A DNA stretch of 64,000 nt from Octopus vulgaris (taxonomy: Eukaryota): assembly GCA_951406725.2 (NCBI GenBank), contig OX597822.1:73036001-73100000 (forward strand). Direction: 5' to 3'. Below the pieces are notes generated by a model that was given only the letters and a program-made list of their open reading frames with translations, did not search any database and was not told the DNA's origin. The stretch's first letter is position 1; each line of letters starts with the position of its first letter. The translations under genes were made by a program, and so were the position numbers. Positions 45,419 to 59,371 of the stretch are shown here, one piece after another.

Positions 45419-45580
45419 CAGATAAATAGATATGCATACACATATACACATATGTATTTCTGCATGTATGTATATAAATATATATTCATGTACATATATC
45501 TATATTCATTCACTAAATATCTGTGTATATTTAGATTTATATACCTCATACATACCTCATATACATATATATACATATAC

Positions 45581-45672
<92 letters not shown>

Positions 45673-47358
45673 GAAGAAGCTCATAAACACACACATAATC
45701 GTACATACATGTCTGAATTGATAGCAATCACTATACTGATCAGATGCAAATGCCAATTTTTTATGATTAAAGCTTATTTCTACGAGCTGTTTCATATTTT
45801 GTACACTTATGAGACATCTACTAGTATCATTCTCTTTACTTTATATGTTCTTGTTGGGAATTTCTGAATGAAAATTTTCTACAAATATACGCTACTTTTG
45901 TTTTCATTCATTTAAATGTTTCTCAAAACCTCAAAAGTAAAAATTCCAACATTTTAAATCTTTGCGTTTCTCATTCTTTGAAAACTTATGGAAGAATCTA
46001 ATAAATATACATCAAATAATGTTAGTATAATCCTATTTCTCACGTGTAATATACTTTATCACATGAGTAAACGCAAATGCTTCGTGCAATCAGCTTTTGT
46101 TGTGGACTTTATTCATCAGCAGACGAGAGCTTTTACGTCCCGTTATATACATACTTGTGATTACCTATGGTGCGACAAAGTTTTATTACTCTTATCTGCG
46201 CACTTCTAGAACAAGCATGTTTGGAGCACGTTCTTTTCTTTTTGTTTTGTCTTATAACAAACAAAAAACGGTATATATTTGTATCGATACAGGAATGGCA
46301 TTATATAAAATGATCGCCGTGTTTCTATTCATCTGAAATAATCAGTAAATTTTTCATAGAAATTATCATTTCAGATAACGGATTAATAACACTTTCTTAG
46401 ATTAGTATACAAACAAATTGTCTAAAATCAATTGAATTCAATACTGCTATATGCATAATAATATCGAACCCAATAGGTAAGATCTAGAGGAGACTGCAGT
46501 GGGATTGGAATAGAAGATGCAATGGGTTCAAATCTAAGCAATGTAAGCTATTTCACGTGGCGATCAGGCAGAATAGTTAAGTACGCCGGACAAATTGTTT
46601 AGCGGTAATTAGATCTTTTACCGTCCAAGTTCAAATCCCATTTTGGTCAGCTTTGTCTTTCATATCTTTAGGGGCGATAAATTGAAGTACCTGTCAGTTA
46701 CTGGAGTCGATGTAACCAACTTGTATCCCTCCGTCAAATCTGCTGGTTTTGAACCCTGCAACAAATTGGCGTCAAGTGTAGATGAGTATCTTCTTATCCC
46801 GGTCACTTATAAGGCATGGAAACTGAGAATCGGCTTTGGGAGTCCGGTGGCTCAAGCAATAAGAAAAAAGATATTTGATGAGGCTTGTCAGTCACTTTCG
46901 TTAATCCACACTACATTTTTAACTAGAGTGAACAATCGTTATGAGAAAAACAAAGAGATTGATCAACAAGACATCTTGAGTTCTAGTTTCGACTCACTCA
47001 GTTTCGTAATGAACAGCAGCTTTTTATAAATATAAGATTAGTACCTTAAGTAGCAGCAAGAGATCGGAGGTTGATACAAAAACGAATTATATGCTTCATG
47101 CTAAACTTTAAACTAATTTAGAAATTAGAATGATTATAGCATGCATTAATCAGCTACAACAATAAAGATCATCCGAGCCTCTAAACTCGAAGTCCATTGA
47201 TCGAAATGATATATGTAGCACGCTCTTGTCCTTTCCGCAAAAGAAAAAAAAATCTCGCGTCAGATATAGCTTTTCTTTTTCTTCTCTTTCTTTTTTTTTT
47301 CAGCTACCGTGCAGGTAGAACGTCTCAAATTTGTCTCTTGCTGATCTATCTATCTCTA

Positions 47359-47402
<44 letters not shown>

Positions 47403-47499
47403 CATATATATCAATATATATACATATATATCTGTATATCTATATATCTATATATATACATACATATATATATTTGTATGTATACACACATACACACAC

Positions 47500-47576
<77 letters not shown>

Positions 47577-47658
47577 CATACAAATATATATATGTATGTA
47601 TATATTGAGATATATAGATATACAGATATATACGTATATATATATACAGATATATAAG

Positions 47659-47697
<39 letters not shown>

Positions 47698-47836
47698 ATA
47701 AATAGATAAGTGGGACAACAAGGCACCAACATTTACTGGAAAATTGCAATATATATATATACACGCACATGTGCGCGTGTTTTATGTGCATAATCATATC
47801 TTTATATATATATGTATATATGTACATTTATACATG

Positions 47837-47905
<69 letters not shown>

Positions 47906-48077
47906 GTATATATATATGTATATATATGTATATATATATATGTGTGTGTGTGTGTATATAACACGTTTGTGCGCATATATATATATATATATTTATTCAG
48001 TATTACACACATATATGACATAGAATATATAGGAATATATACCTAAGTATATATCAACGCATACACATATACACTTA

Positions 48078-48115
<38 letters not shown>

Positions 48116-48953
48116 CATATATCCGTACACGCACATGCAGAAGATATCGTAAACATATAACAATATGTACATAGTTTGATTAGTTTGAGTACGTTATTAA
48201 TTATAAACCATACTAATTACTTAATCATTTTTTCATATCGGGTCCCCTACAGTGTACGCTTGTTAATTATACCTAAGTTTTTCCAGAATTTCCTGTTGTT
48301 TCTTTTAGTTTGCTGTATTATGCTACTCTATGCGGGACATACTCCATTCTCAATTATATTTGTTTTTATTTACACAAACAAAAGTTATCTTAATTAAAAT
48401 CACCGCAGTCCATATGATGGTCACTTTTATAACGATCAACTGAGCCGTTTGATACTCTATCAAATTCAGTTAAGTTACTTTATACATTCAGTATATAATG
48501 GTCATTTAAGGGAAAGCCTTCTCAACATAACGATTAAGTCAATAAACATTCCCCTTACATACGTTATTCCCAATTGGCGACTCTAAATAACCATCAATGA
48601 AAGCAGTGGTAGCTGTATAAAACGGTCATTTAACACAGATTTTACTTTGTGCAAAATTCAATAAATGCACTGTTTCCTTTATCGAAAAAAATTTCGTTTC
48701 CTACAATCACTACATTATGATTTAAGACAAATCCGACTTATGCAGAACATCACCCTTGTTTGTATACATGTGTGCATTTTTGTATGTAGGTATGCATGTA
48801 TGTATGGATTTGATCGCATGTATGTACATATGTAAGAATATATATGTCTATATACATATATACATACATACATTTTAAACACGCACATAAAACCTATATA
48901 GACTCACATCACGGACTCTCATACGCACATATACATATGCATGTGTGTGTATA

Positions 48954-49032
<79 letters not shown>

Positions 49033-49266
49033 GAGACGGGGAGAGAAAGAAAGAAAGGAAGAAAGAAAGAAAGAGAGAGATAGAGAGAGAGATGTAGATA
49101 TATTGATATACATATACAGATACATGTGTATATTTAATTTACTCGATCCTCACTTACTTTCACGGTATGAAATTCTATAAAGGTAAATCAGTAGACTTTT
49201 TAGTCTATATCACAGTTTTTTACAGATAAAAATAAAAAGAAATAGCTATGTTTGAAACCACTTACC

Positions 49267-49409
49267 TTGTTGGTGCTAGTGGCTAACCGTTTTCGATGTG
49301 GATAAACCGATATATATTTAATCTCACCCGAAATGCTTCAATTTCATTTATCGATTCCAGTTTAATTTTTTTCTAATATATCTTTCTGTTTTGTTGTAGA
49401 TATATACAC

Positions 49410-49461
<52 letters not shown>

Positions 49462-49931
49462 ACAATTTTTTTTCTTCGATGGTATTCTGTTTAAAATTCT
49501 TTTCAAATTTTTCCGAAGAATTTAAATTTTATTTATAAATAATGTTTCCACCTTACTGGCAACATTTAATGTTTTGGTTTGTGGCCGTTATTGACGCTGC
49601 TATCGTTGTTGTTGTTGATGTTGCTATTGTTGTTGTTGCGATGTTTGCACCGCGTGTGTCACCGTTGTTGTTCTGTTAGTTATTGGTATGTGTTATGGTG
49701 CAGTTGCTACTACAGACTGATGTTGCAAAGTTTAAATTGCGTCCAGTTGCTTGATAAAGCGTACAGTTGTCAGATGTATTCTTATAGATTTTGTTGGTAC
49801 CTAAAACACTATATAACGACAAAAAAGTTTTTTTGTTTTCTTTTTGCATAGGAAAAAATAGCAACCACAATAATAGTAAAACAGCCTTTACACGATTACA
49901 ATTACTCCAATTAATATTAATATATATTTTA

Positions 49932-49992
<61 letters not shown>

Positions 49993-50372
49993 GATGTTGA
50001 TTGAATAAATGAAGAAAAAAAGGTATATATTTTATTCTCTTCTTCGCGTTTAATTTACTTTCGCTACAAATATTTTTGTGGGGGTTGTATTTATTTATTT
50101 ATTTACTTACTTATTGGTTGTTTATTTTATGATTTTTCCCCCCTCATACTGGAGGCAATTTTTTAAAAGAAAATGAAATAAATGAAGTTATATGCTATGT
50201 AGATAAATGAAATGATATCGTTTGAAAAGTAGGAGAATCAACACGGGATGTTTAGCTTATAATACAATGCAACATTAGACAAGAACAGTAAAATAAATGT
50301 TGATTGAAAGAAGTTATACTAAGTAAATGAAAGCATTCATATATACATTACATTCATACATAAACACATATA

Positions 50373-50414
<42 letters not shown>

Positions 50415-50960
50415 ATTCAAAAAATTGAAAGTGGGTTGGTTCCTCGTTTACTTGTAATAAACTCCTTTTGCTAAAGTGTGATAAAGTGTGTGCCTGAATT
50501 AGCAATAACAAAGCACAAAGCTGTTAGGGTGACAGCTGTGGGAGTTTTTATAATTGGAACAACGGTATATCATTGATAAAAAGTGGCAGTCGTCGATTCA
50601 GCATACTTTCGTGGCTGGTCCCGCAAGGTTGGTAGAAATTCTCCGTGAAAAATCGAAGTGCTATTGAAGTCCGGGAAGGAAGTTTTGATTTTTCGCTTTC
50701 TCTTCTTTTTTTTTTTTTTTTTTATTTGTCTATTTATTTATTTATTTTTTTTTTTGGCCAGCCTCTGCAGAGACAGCAGTGTTTTTAATATACGTTGCCA
50801 AACAACGACATCGGCGGGTAAAGGGAAGCAAGTTGTTCCGCTAAAACTACACTACACAACGGTTGCTGGCTTTTGCTTGCGGTCGTTTTCGTTAGCAACT
50901 CTATGAGACGTTGCAACAAATGTCGGTGTTAGCGCAGTTACCGATGTTGCGAATATCTTA
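49267..50960 (-). promoter_or_regulatory. Candidate 5' non-coding exon or promoter region of a minus-strand gene
   Basis: Consensus donor AAG|GTAAGT on the minus strand (acttacctt, 49260-49268). About 1.7 kb free of SINEs, with (AAC)n/(AAT)n runs and a CpG-enriched block at 50580-50960. No ORF. Confidence 0.35.
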
Positions 50961-51043
50961 TATCCTAAGCGTGAACCTGTACAGCAATCACAAACGCACA
51001 CACATACACACACTGGCGCACATATACACACACACGCACGCGC

Positions 51044-51090
<47 letters not shown>

Positions 51091-51316
51091 CACTTAAATG
51101 CATGTACATTATGAGTTACAGGACACGCACACACATACACACAGAGAGATGAACACATGCAAGTAAGCGCACACTTAAACATTTACGCACATGTTAATGC
51201 GCTCATACATGCACACGCATTATACAACAAACACACACACACACGCACGTGTGTGCGTATATATACATATATATATATACATATATATATATATAGATAG
51301 CTAGATAGATATAGAC

Positions 51317-51369
<53 letters not shown>

Positions 51370-51477
51370 TATATACATATATATATATATACATACATAC
51401 ATATATACATACATATATACATACATATATATATACTTACATATATATATATATACATATATACATACATATATACT

Positions 51478-51519
<42 letters not shown>

Positions 51520-51663
51520 CATACATGCATATATATATAAATGTATGTATATATACGCAAGCATATGAATGTGTATACATCTATATATTTGCCGAGGTTT
51601 ATGAAAGTTATGGAAAGTAAATAAAGGCGAGGCGATAAACAGACATATATATGTAGAGACATA

Positions 51664-51729
<66 letters not shown>

Positions 51730-52356
51730 TTTGTTTGTGTGTGGACCTACACCCATGCACAGATATGCAGGCGTGTGGACGCACACATATTTCCACACTC
51801 TAACTTCCATACATAAACACACACTAATACTACATAATCTTCTTCGATCCATACACACATTGATATTTATCATATTTAACATATTTGCATGCACATTCTC
51901 CCATACATAACATGTAGTCACGGATATGAGATCATTTGCAATTATACATGTGTGCATGGATACGTGTTTGTATACAGTCTTATCCACATGTTTGCAAATA
52001 TACGATAAACACAAAGACAGCCGGGTCTTCTCGCACACACATACACACTTCGAAGCTAGACCTCAATAGAGAAATCAATGTATCTCTGTGGGTGTGTGTG
52101 TGCTGCATGTGTGCATATATATATATATACATATGTGTGTGTATTAAAATGAAGAGTATGTATGTGTAAGATAGTGTGTCAAATTTTCCTATTTATACAT
52201 ACATGTATGTATACGTATGTACATCCGGACATAGTTATGCCTGTTTGTGTGCATATGTGTGTGTATGCACGTATGTGTATATGTATGTACGTACATGCGT
52301 TATGTATATGCATTTAATACAAACATGCTCGCATATACACAGATACACGCACAAAT

Positions 52357-52405
<49 letters not shown>

Positions 52406-53552
52406 CACACACACACATGTATATATCAATACATGAATATATGTCTGTATACAAATGTATCGATATTTTAATTTTATTTGTATATGTATGTGTATATATA
52501 TGTGTGTGTGCGTGTATTATGCATCTATGTATGTGCGTTCTGTGTATGCATTTAATGCAAATGCACAGCCGTACATAGACACACGCACAGGGATATATGT
52601 GTGAATGCGGGTGCATGTATGCGTGTGTGTGTCTGTGTGTGTGTGATTGTGCTGGTGTCTGGATTTTTTGTTTCTCTGTACCCACTTTTACTGTCACATA
52701 ATGTCTGGCACAGTCTAATTTCCGCTGCTACTATGACACAACATCCGTATCAGTTCTGTGTGTTAGCAATGTCACACAACGACCATACCACTCAAGCTTC
52801 CACTACCGTCAGCCGAAGACCTTTAAACCGCTTCCACCACTACTACTGTCACACAACCTCCGTCCTACAACTGTCCTTGGCATAGTCGCACCATATCCAT
52901 CATATTCTTCTCTCTAAAATTGTCTCACTATCTCTCCCACATAATATTTGTCAAACATTTACCACAACACGTGCAACATAGAATCTTTGACACACCGGCC
53001 ACGACCACTGTCACACACTGTCCATGACGGTCCTGTTACTAACACAATTACATAACATCGGTGACACTTCAGGCCCCACTTCTGACACAACGTTCTTCAT
53101 ATTCCGACCTTCTCCTTCACTGATGTTTTACATACTCCATCAATATGTGGTTACTCTTAATACAAAGAGACCGGTTCTCTTTTGTTTAAAGGTATGCAAC
53201 ACAATATTCAGTTCCGCCATATCTTCACACCGTGTATCACATTTCTGTTTCGATCTCTGGCACACACTGCTACATTCCCATTTCTACCCCTGGAAAACAG
53301 TATCCGTCAAAATCTATTTTCACCACTAGCAACCACTATCTGTTACATTGCTGTTGCCAGTACCAGCACAACATATGTCATAATCCTGTCTCTATGACTA
53401 GTACACAATACACAGCACCCATCACGAACATGTCTCCAAATAAACATCTGCGACCATCATCGATCCCTGCTGTTATGCACAGTCTGATAAAGATCAGGCA
53501 ATACTACTTACACAACGCATATTTCTGTCACAAAATATCTTTCATTTAGATA

Positions 53553-53742
53553 CTATATTTCATAGAATATAAGACGCGCTTTTTGAATTTATTTCTATCA
53601 AAAGTATCTCAAAATGTTGCACATGATCCTCTATGAGATGTTCCGTCCACGCAGTATACTAAAAACTTCTCTTTTGAAAATGTGCGGCTGAAATTGGGCT
53701 GCGGCTCACATTTCCGTGCGTCCTTTATTCCATCAAATACTG
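53553..53742. mobile_element. Pogo/Tigger-like MITE
   Basis: TA-flanked imperfect TIRs ctatatttcatagaatataagacgc / gcgtcctttattccatcaaatactg. Confidence 0.65.
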
Positions 53743-54707
53743 TAACTCGTTCAGTTTGAACCAACGTCCGTCTGTCTTCCATTCACCATTGTTAAGCTGC
53801 AACAGCCAGAGTCCTCTCTCCACCTCTGGCGCAAAACTTTCATCACAACCGCCTTTCTATTTCGGATTCATTGCAACTGTTAGAATACTTCCACCAGCAT
53901 TGCCACACAAAAATCATACCAGTCTCACTTCAACGACTAAACCATTTGTCAGTCCCGTTTCCAGCAACTACCAGGCAATCTCAAACTCAATGACCTTTTC
54001 AACACTGCCATACTCTAAAATCCACTCCAGATCCTGTTACGGATTTTGTGTCAAAGTAGCAGCGGAAATTAGACTGTCCCAGACACAAGACATCCAACAG
54101 CACCACACAGGCTATATTACAATTTTTCTTCCTCTTACTCACACACTCACCTCATTTCACTCTTCCAAAAATATAATGCATGATCAACATGACCACAAAT
54201 TATAAAAGAACTTCTTGCAGTATTGTAGCCGTGGAAATACATGCGTCCCATATTCCAATCCAACTGTTCTGCTACCAACACTGTCACGTAATCAAAATCA
54301 GATCTGTCTCCAATAAATTACTTTAAAATCTAATCAATATCCATCGATGTTCTTTCACACAAATCCCAACACAATATCTTCCAAACAAGCATAAGTACCG
54401 TTTGATTTTCTCAGACTTCTAACGTGAGAGACGGCACAGGCCCACAGAATGTCTGCAACAATTCTACAAAACTATTCGCTATGTTACAAGTCTACATCGC
54501 TCAGATAACCGCTTCAAATACAGTAAGTCTATACCCACGCATAAGAGATCCGGTTCGAAAATGGAGTCTAGTTGTGCGTTACGCGAATGTTAATTTTGCA
54601 CAGGTAGAGTTATTGCTGTGGGAGTTAAGAGTCTCGCTTGGCTATCATATGGGTTTGGGTTTAGCCTCACTGAACGGCATATTTGGCAAGTGTATTGCAC
54701 TATATAT

Positions 54708-55010
54708 GGAGGTGGAATGGCCCAGTGGTTAGGGCAGCAGACTCGCGGTCGGATGATCGCGGTTTCGATTCCCAGAGCGGATGTTGTGTGTGTTTATTGA
54801 GAGAAAACACCTAAAGTTCCACGAGGCTCCGGCAGGGGTTGGTAGCGACCCCTGTTGTATTCTTTCGCCCCAACTTTCTCTCACTCTCTTTTTCTGTTCC
54901 TTGAGTAACGCTGCGATGGACTGGCGTCCCGTCCAGCTGGGGGGAACACATACGCCACAGAAACCGGGAAACCGGGCCCAGAGACTGGCTATGCTTGAAA
55001 AGGGTGCATT
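54708..55010 (+). mobile_element. SINE family C
   Basis: ggaggtggaatggcccagtggttagggcag...ggtttcgattccc; matches the 37366 copy. Confidence 0.88.
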
Positions 55011-55441
55011 AATTAAAAAAATAAAACAGAAATTGTACTATATAAAGCTCCTGGACGACCAATAGCTTGTGAATGAATTTGGCACACGGAAACTGTATGG
55101 AAGCTCACCGCATGTAGATGTGTGCACATGTGTGTGCGCGTGCGTGCGTGTTTTCGCTCAATAAACACTCACAACGCCCGGTCTGGGAATCAAAACCGCG
55201 ATCCAACAACCGCGAGTCCGCTGCCCTAACCACTGGGCCATTGCACCTCCTTCTAATATAATGATCAGTGGCCAGCATATTAAAACACCTTTCAAGGTGG
55301 AAATATAAACAATTATAAATAAGAGCAAAAGAAAAAAAGATTTCCTATGCCAATATGCTGAAGAAATAGACCTTTAATCATGTAACCACATACAATTTTC
55401 TTTTGCCCTTATATATAATTACACACACACACACACACACA

Positions 55442-55880
55442 GAGTAATCACTCGCCATATCGCAGTTCACCTATCGCGCCTTCAGTACATCGCAGGCTTT
55501 TCTGGCTAATATATGCAAATTTATTTCGCGGGTTTCAGCTGCCCGTAGGTATTTATATTTTTCCTAGATTCTAATTATTTCTGTGGTAATATAAAGCATG
55601 TTCACGCCTAAAAAATAATAAATTAATTAATAAAAATACAGTATATTTCTGCACTGTTTTACCAGTTAATTAAAATATTTTAATAGAAAATACGTAGTGT
55701 ACAAAGAATCACACATACAGTATGCAAAACGAAACTCGGGCGGCGTGTGTGTGGTAGCGTTTTGCATTTGTAATAAAATAAATATGTACAAATTATAGAA
55801 ATAATGTTAAAAATTTACAGTACAGAACTGTTTCTACTTCGCATATTTTCACCTATAACGTGATAGCCGAGGGATTTCTG
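55442..55880. mobile_element. Tigger-like MITE
   Basis: gagtaatcactcgccatatcgc / gtgatagccgagggatttctg|ta. Confidence 0.7.
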
Positions 55881-56057
55881 TAAATATATATATATATATA
55901 TATATATATTGAGGTTATAAGAGGTAATGGTGTCATTGAGACCCAAAGGTGCCAGGTAATGCTGAATAAGTGCTATAGACAGACCATAGTTAAGTTCCAG
56001 GTGCGGTGATTTTGCGAATAAGGGGTTCAACATTGGTCATATGTCAACGTGTATATA

Positions 56058-56552
56058 TGAGAATTTTTTGCGTAATGAGATAAAAAACCAAGGCTGTGTA
56101 GATATTAGAACATTTATAGATAGAAGATCTTACAGCTGTTTCCAGGATATTTATTAATTATATCCCTTCATCGGAGACGGTGTGAGAGGATGGTTAAGTA
56201 ATAATAAATTTAGATAGGATACAAAATAGAGAGTGAGGTGGAGGAAAGAAAATAGATGTGAGATATGTAGGGATATTGAATTTGTAGATCCATTTTCTAG
56301 GCAAAATGGTATATATATATATATAAGATTCCAATACCTTATGAGAAAAATCCAACAGTATTTAAAATTTTTCATTCCAAGTATAGAGTTTATACACAAT
56401 GTAAGATTCCAATACCTTATGAGTAAGATCCAACGGTATCTAACCATCCTCTCACACCGTCTCCTGGAAACAGGTGTAAGACCTTCTATCTATAAATATT
56501 CTAATATCTACACAGCCTTGGCTTTTTTTATCTCATTACGCAAAAAATTCTT
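56058..56552. mobile_element. Palindromic Penelope-type element with a hammerhead
   Basis: 56058-56195 is the reverse complement of 56443-56552, and the right arm lacks the catalytic core. Internal duplicate aagattccaataccttatgag; followed by (TA)n. Confidence 0.8.
56127..56178 (-). ncRNA. Minimal hammerhead motif, U4C variant
   Basis: Minus strand GTCT-CCGATGA-A-GGGATAT aattaataa ATATCCT-G-GAAA-CAGCTG-TA-AGAT: palindromic stem III and GUA site. Confidence 0.72.
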
Positions 56553-56622
56553 ATATATATATATATATATATCGTAAGTATTTCATATATCCGTAAAAGA
56601 AACTCACTCTAAATTAGTAATG

Positions 56623-56692
<70 letters not shown>

Positions 56693-57477
56693 ACTTATAA
56701 ATAAGGGCAAAAGAAAAAAATTTCTATGCCAAATATGTCGGGAATAGACTTTAAATCGTCAATAACCACATATAATCAATTCAACACTATAAGTTGTTTA
56801 TAATTTTCCCCTTAAAAGTTCTTTTCTTTTTAATATGCTGGCCACTGATGAAAGTTTTTGAAAATTTCATTCTATATTAGATGTAAATATATGTGTGTGT
56901 GTGTGTGTATATAAGTTAGGATTTTTAGTGCTACCGCATTGTATTAGGCTATAAATACTAAACAGTGGCAAACTAGAAAATATCTATTTAGCGCTTGACC
57001 AACTTCTGTTTCACCGAACGAAATTCGCAATATAATTCGTCAAACAGATTCAGCAAAAGCAACAGAAGGCATCATTTGATTTTATCTTTAAAGCACGATA
57101 CGCTTTTGATTGGCCAGTGTTTAAAAAAAAAATAAGGTTAGAGACACGAATAAGACGAAATGAGCGAAAATAATTTTGGACTAGAAAAAAAATCTGTGTC
57201 AAAATTTAAATGCTACAAGGGTGCTTAACGGTGTAGTAAAGTGATCGACACACGAGTATTTAGCATAGGATTTAAGTATTCTTGTGCTGAACGAAACATA
57301 TTCCGATTGATCTCATGCAACGCATATAAGCGAATTACTCGATATATGCTTTTAAATGAATTAGGATATTTAATACAACGACCCACGCATACACACACAC
57401 ACACATATCGATCGTTTAGAGAAATACATAAATCCGGAGAAGCACACTCTAACATGTAGATCAGTTAATATTATAGT

Positions 57478-58050
57478 AGGGTAGGCGGGTTTATGGAGTT
57501 ACCCTGGGTTTCTCGCTGATAAGGGATTTAGCCTAATCCCAAACATTGCTGGCCTGAGACCGCTTTTAAATACCCCATATAACCGAAAAACCCAGGGTAA
57601 TCCCATAAACCAGCCTACCCCATTACGCAATGAGTCGAAACAGGGGAGCTGAAGAAGGGAAATATTCCTTGTGTTGTATGTCTTGTACTCTTTTTTTTTT
57701 TCGTTGTTAAAAAAAGTCCGTTTCCTTGTTTTGTTTTTATGTTTTCGTTTCTCGTTGTCTTCTACGTTTATTTGTGGTGTCTTGTACCCATATATGCATG
57801 TATATATACATATAGATGTAGGTATGTATGCATATGTTTTATTTATTAAATTGATATTATATATATATGTGTGTGTGTGTGTGTTGTGTATATACATTTT
57901 ATTTTCTTTCTATTTATTTCTGTGAAGAGCGTAGGTTCGAAATATGAAAGACTTTCCCACTTCCCGAGTGTTAAACTAATACATCTGTTTGTTGTTTACA
58001 CAACCGTCTTCGTCTTTTGTTTTGTTTGTTTTTTTGTAAATCCCAACTAT
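57478..58050. mobile_element. Penelope-type non-coding element with a long hairpin and a degraded hammerhead
   Basis: About 50-bp inverted arms 57479-57530 / 57567-57621. A degraded tgtgaaga-gcgtaggttc-gaaa-tatg lies at 57921-57947. Confidence 0.5.
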
Positions 58051-58081
58051 ATATGTATTCATACATATATATATATTATTC

Positions 58082-58390
58082 ATTTATGCGCCCTTTTTAA
58101 GCCTAGCCAGGCTCATGGGCCCGGTTTCCCGGTTTCTATGGCGCATGTGTTCCTCCAAGCTGGACGGGACGCCAGTCCATCGCAGCGTTACTCAAGAAAC
58201 AGGAAGAAAGAGTGAGAGAAACAGGAAGAAAGTTGGGGCGAAAGAGTATCATAGGGGTCGCCACCACCTCCTACGTGGAGCTTTAGGTGTTTTTCGCTCA
58301 ATAAACACACACAACGCCCGGTCTGGGAATCGAAACCGAGATCCTCCGACCGCGAGTTCGCTGCCCTAACCACTGGGCCATTGCGTCTCC
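58082..58390 (-). mobile_element. SINE family C
   Basis: Reverse complement of the 54708 copy. Confidence 0.9.
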
Positions 58391-58422
58391 TACATACATA
58401 CATACATACATACATACATACA

Positions 58423-58458
<36 letters not shown>

Positions 58459-59017
58459 TATATGTATGTATGTATGTGTGTATGTATATAATATACATAT
58501 GTGCACGCTTGTATGTGGATGTGTATGCATGTGTGTGTGTATTTTGTATCTCAGCACATTAAGTTATTTTTTCCGGAAGTATCCAGAGAAAACTCCTTCC
58601 ATGCTAATGTGAAAACTGTTAGTATATATTATATGTTAACGTAAGAAACGATAAAAAAAAATGCGATTAATATATATGACAGAATAAGAATCTATCAATA
58701 TAGTTTTGCATTATAAAATATATTTCTTTTAATCCGAGTACATATATATATGTGTGCATGAGTGCTTGTGTATGTATCTGTGTGTATGTATATATACATA
58801 ACTATATACATACGCACACACACACACACACACACATATGCATGTACGTTTGTTTATGTATTATTTTATTTTTTCGCCTTGCTGGTTTTAGTTAATTAAT
58901 TATTCAGACCAGCTCTTTGCATTGACGACAATTATGCTACAGTACCATTTTGCTAGGGTGAAGAATCTTATTGAAATCTGGAATTGAATTTATCGATCAT
59001 TATTTGTTGGAACGTAT

Positions 59018-59180
59018 AAGGCGGCGAGCTGGTAGATTCTTTAGCGCATTGGGCCAAATGTGTAATGTTATTTCATCCGGCTTTACGTTTTGAGTTCAAG
59101 TTCCGCCGATCTCAATTTTGCCTCTTTTCCTTTCGGAGTGGATAAAATAAAGTACCAGTTGAGCACCGGGGTCGAGTAAA
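59018..59180 (+). mobile_element. SINE family A
   Basis: aaggcggcgagctggtagattc...gagttcaagttccgcc...gataaaataaagtaccag. Confidence 0.8.
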
Positions 59181-59225
59181 ATACTACAGAAAAAGCTGTA
59201 GTTTACTATTAGGGAGAGAATTATA

Positions 59226-59366
59226 TTAGGTTGTCCCAAAAGTTCGTAAACACTTGCGAAAATTGAATTTTTACTCGCCAAGTACTAACAAAAACAACAA
59301 AAATTATTCCTCAAAATAAAGACCATTATTTTCCAAGACTTTCTACGAACTTTTGGGACAACCTTA
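59226..59366. mobile_element. Mariner-like MITE
   Basis: TA-flanked 23-bp TIRs ttaggttgtcccaaaagttcgta / tacgaacttttgggacaacctta. Confidence 0.88.
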
Positions 59367-59371
59367 TATTA

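Noticed and set aside
46643-47029. 128-aa ORF
   Set aside because: The first third is SINE A sequence and the rest has no recognisable motif or splice sites.
53756-54205. 149-aa S/T/P-rich ORF
   Set aside because: Non-ATG start, and the composition is explained by the C/A-skewed tract.
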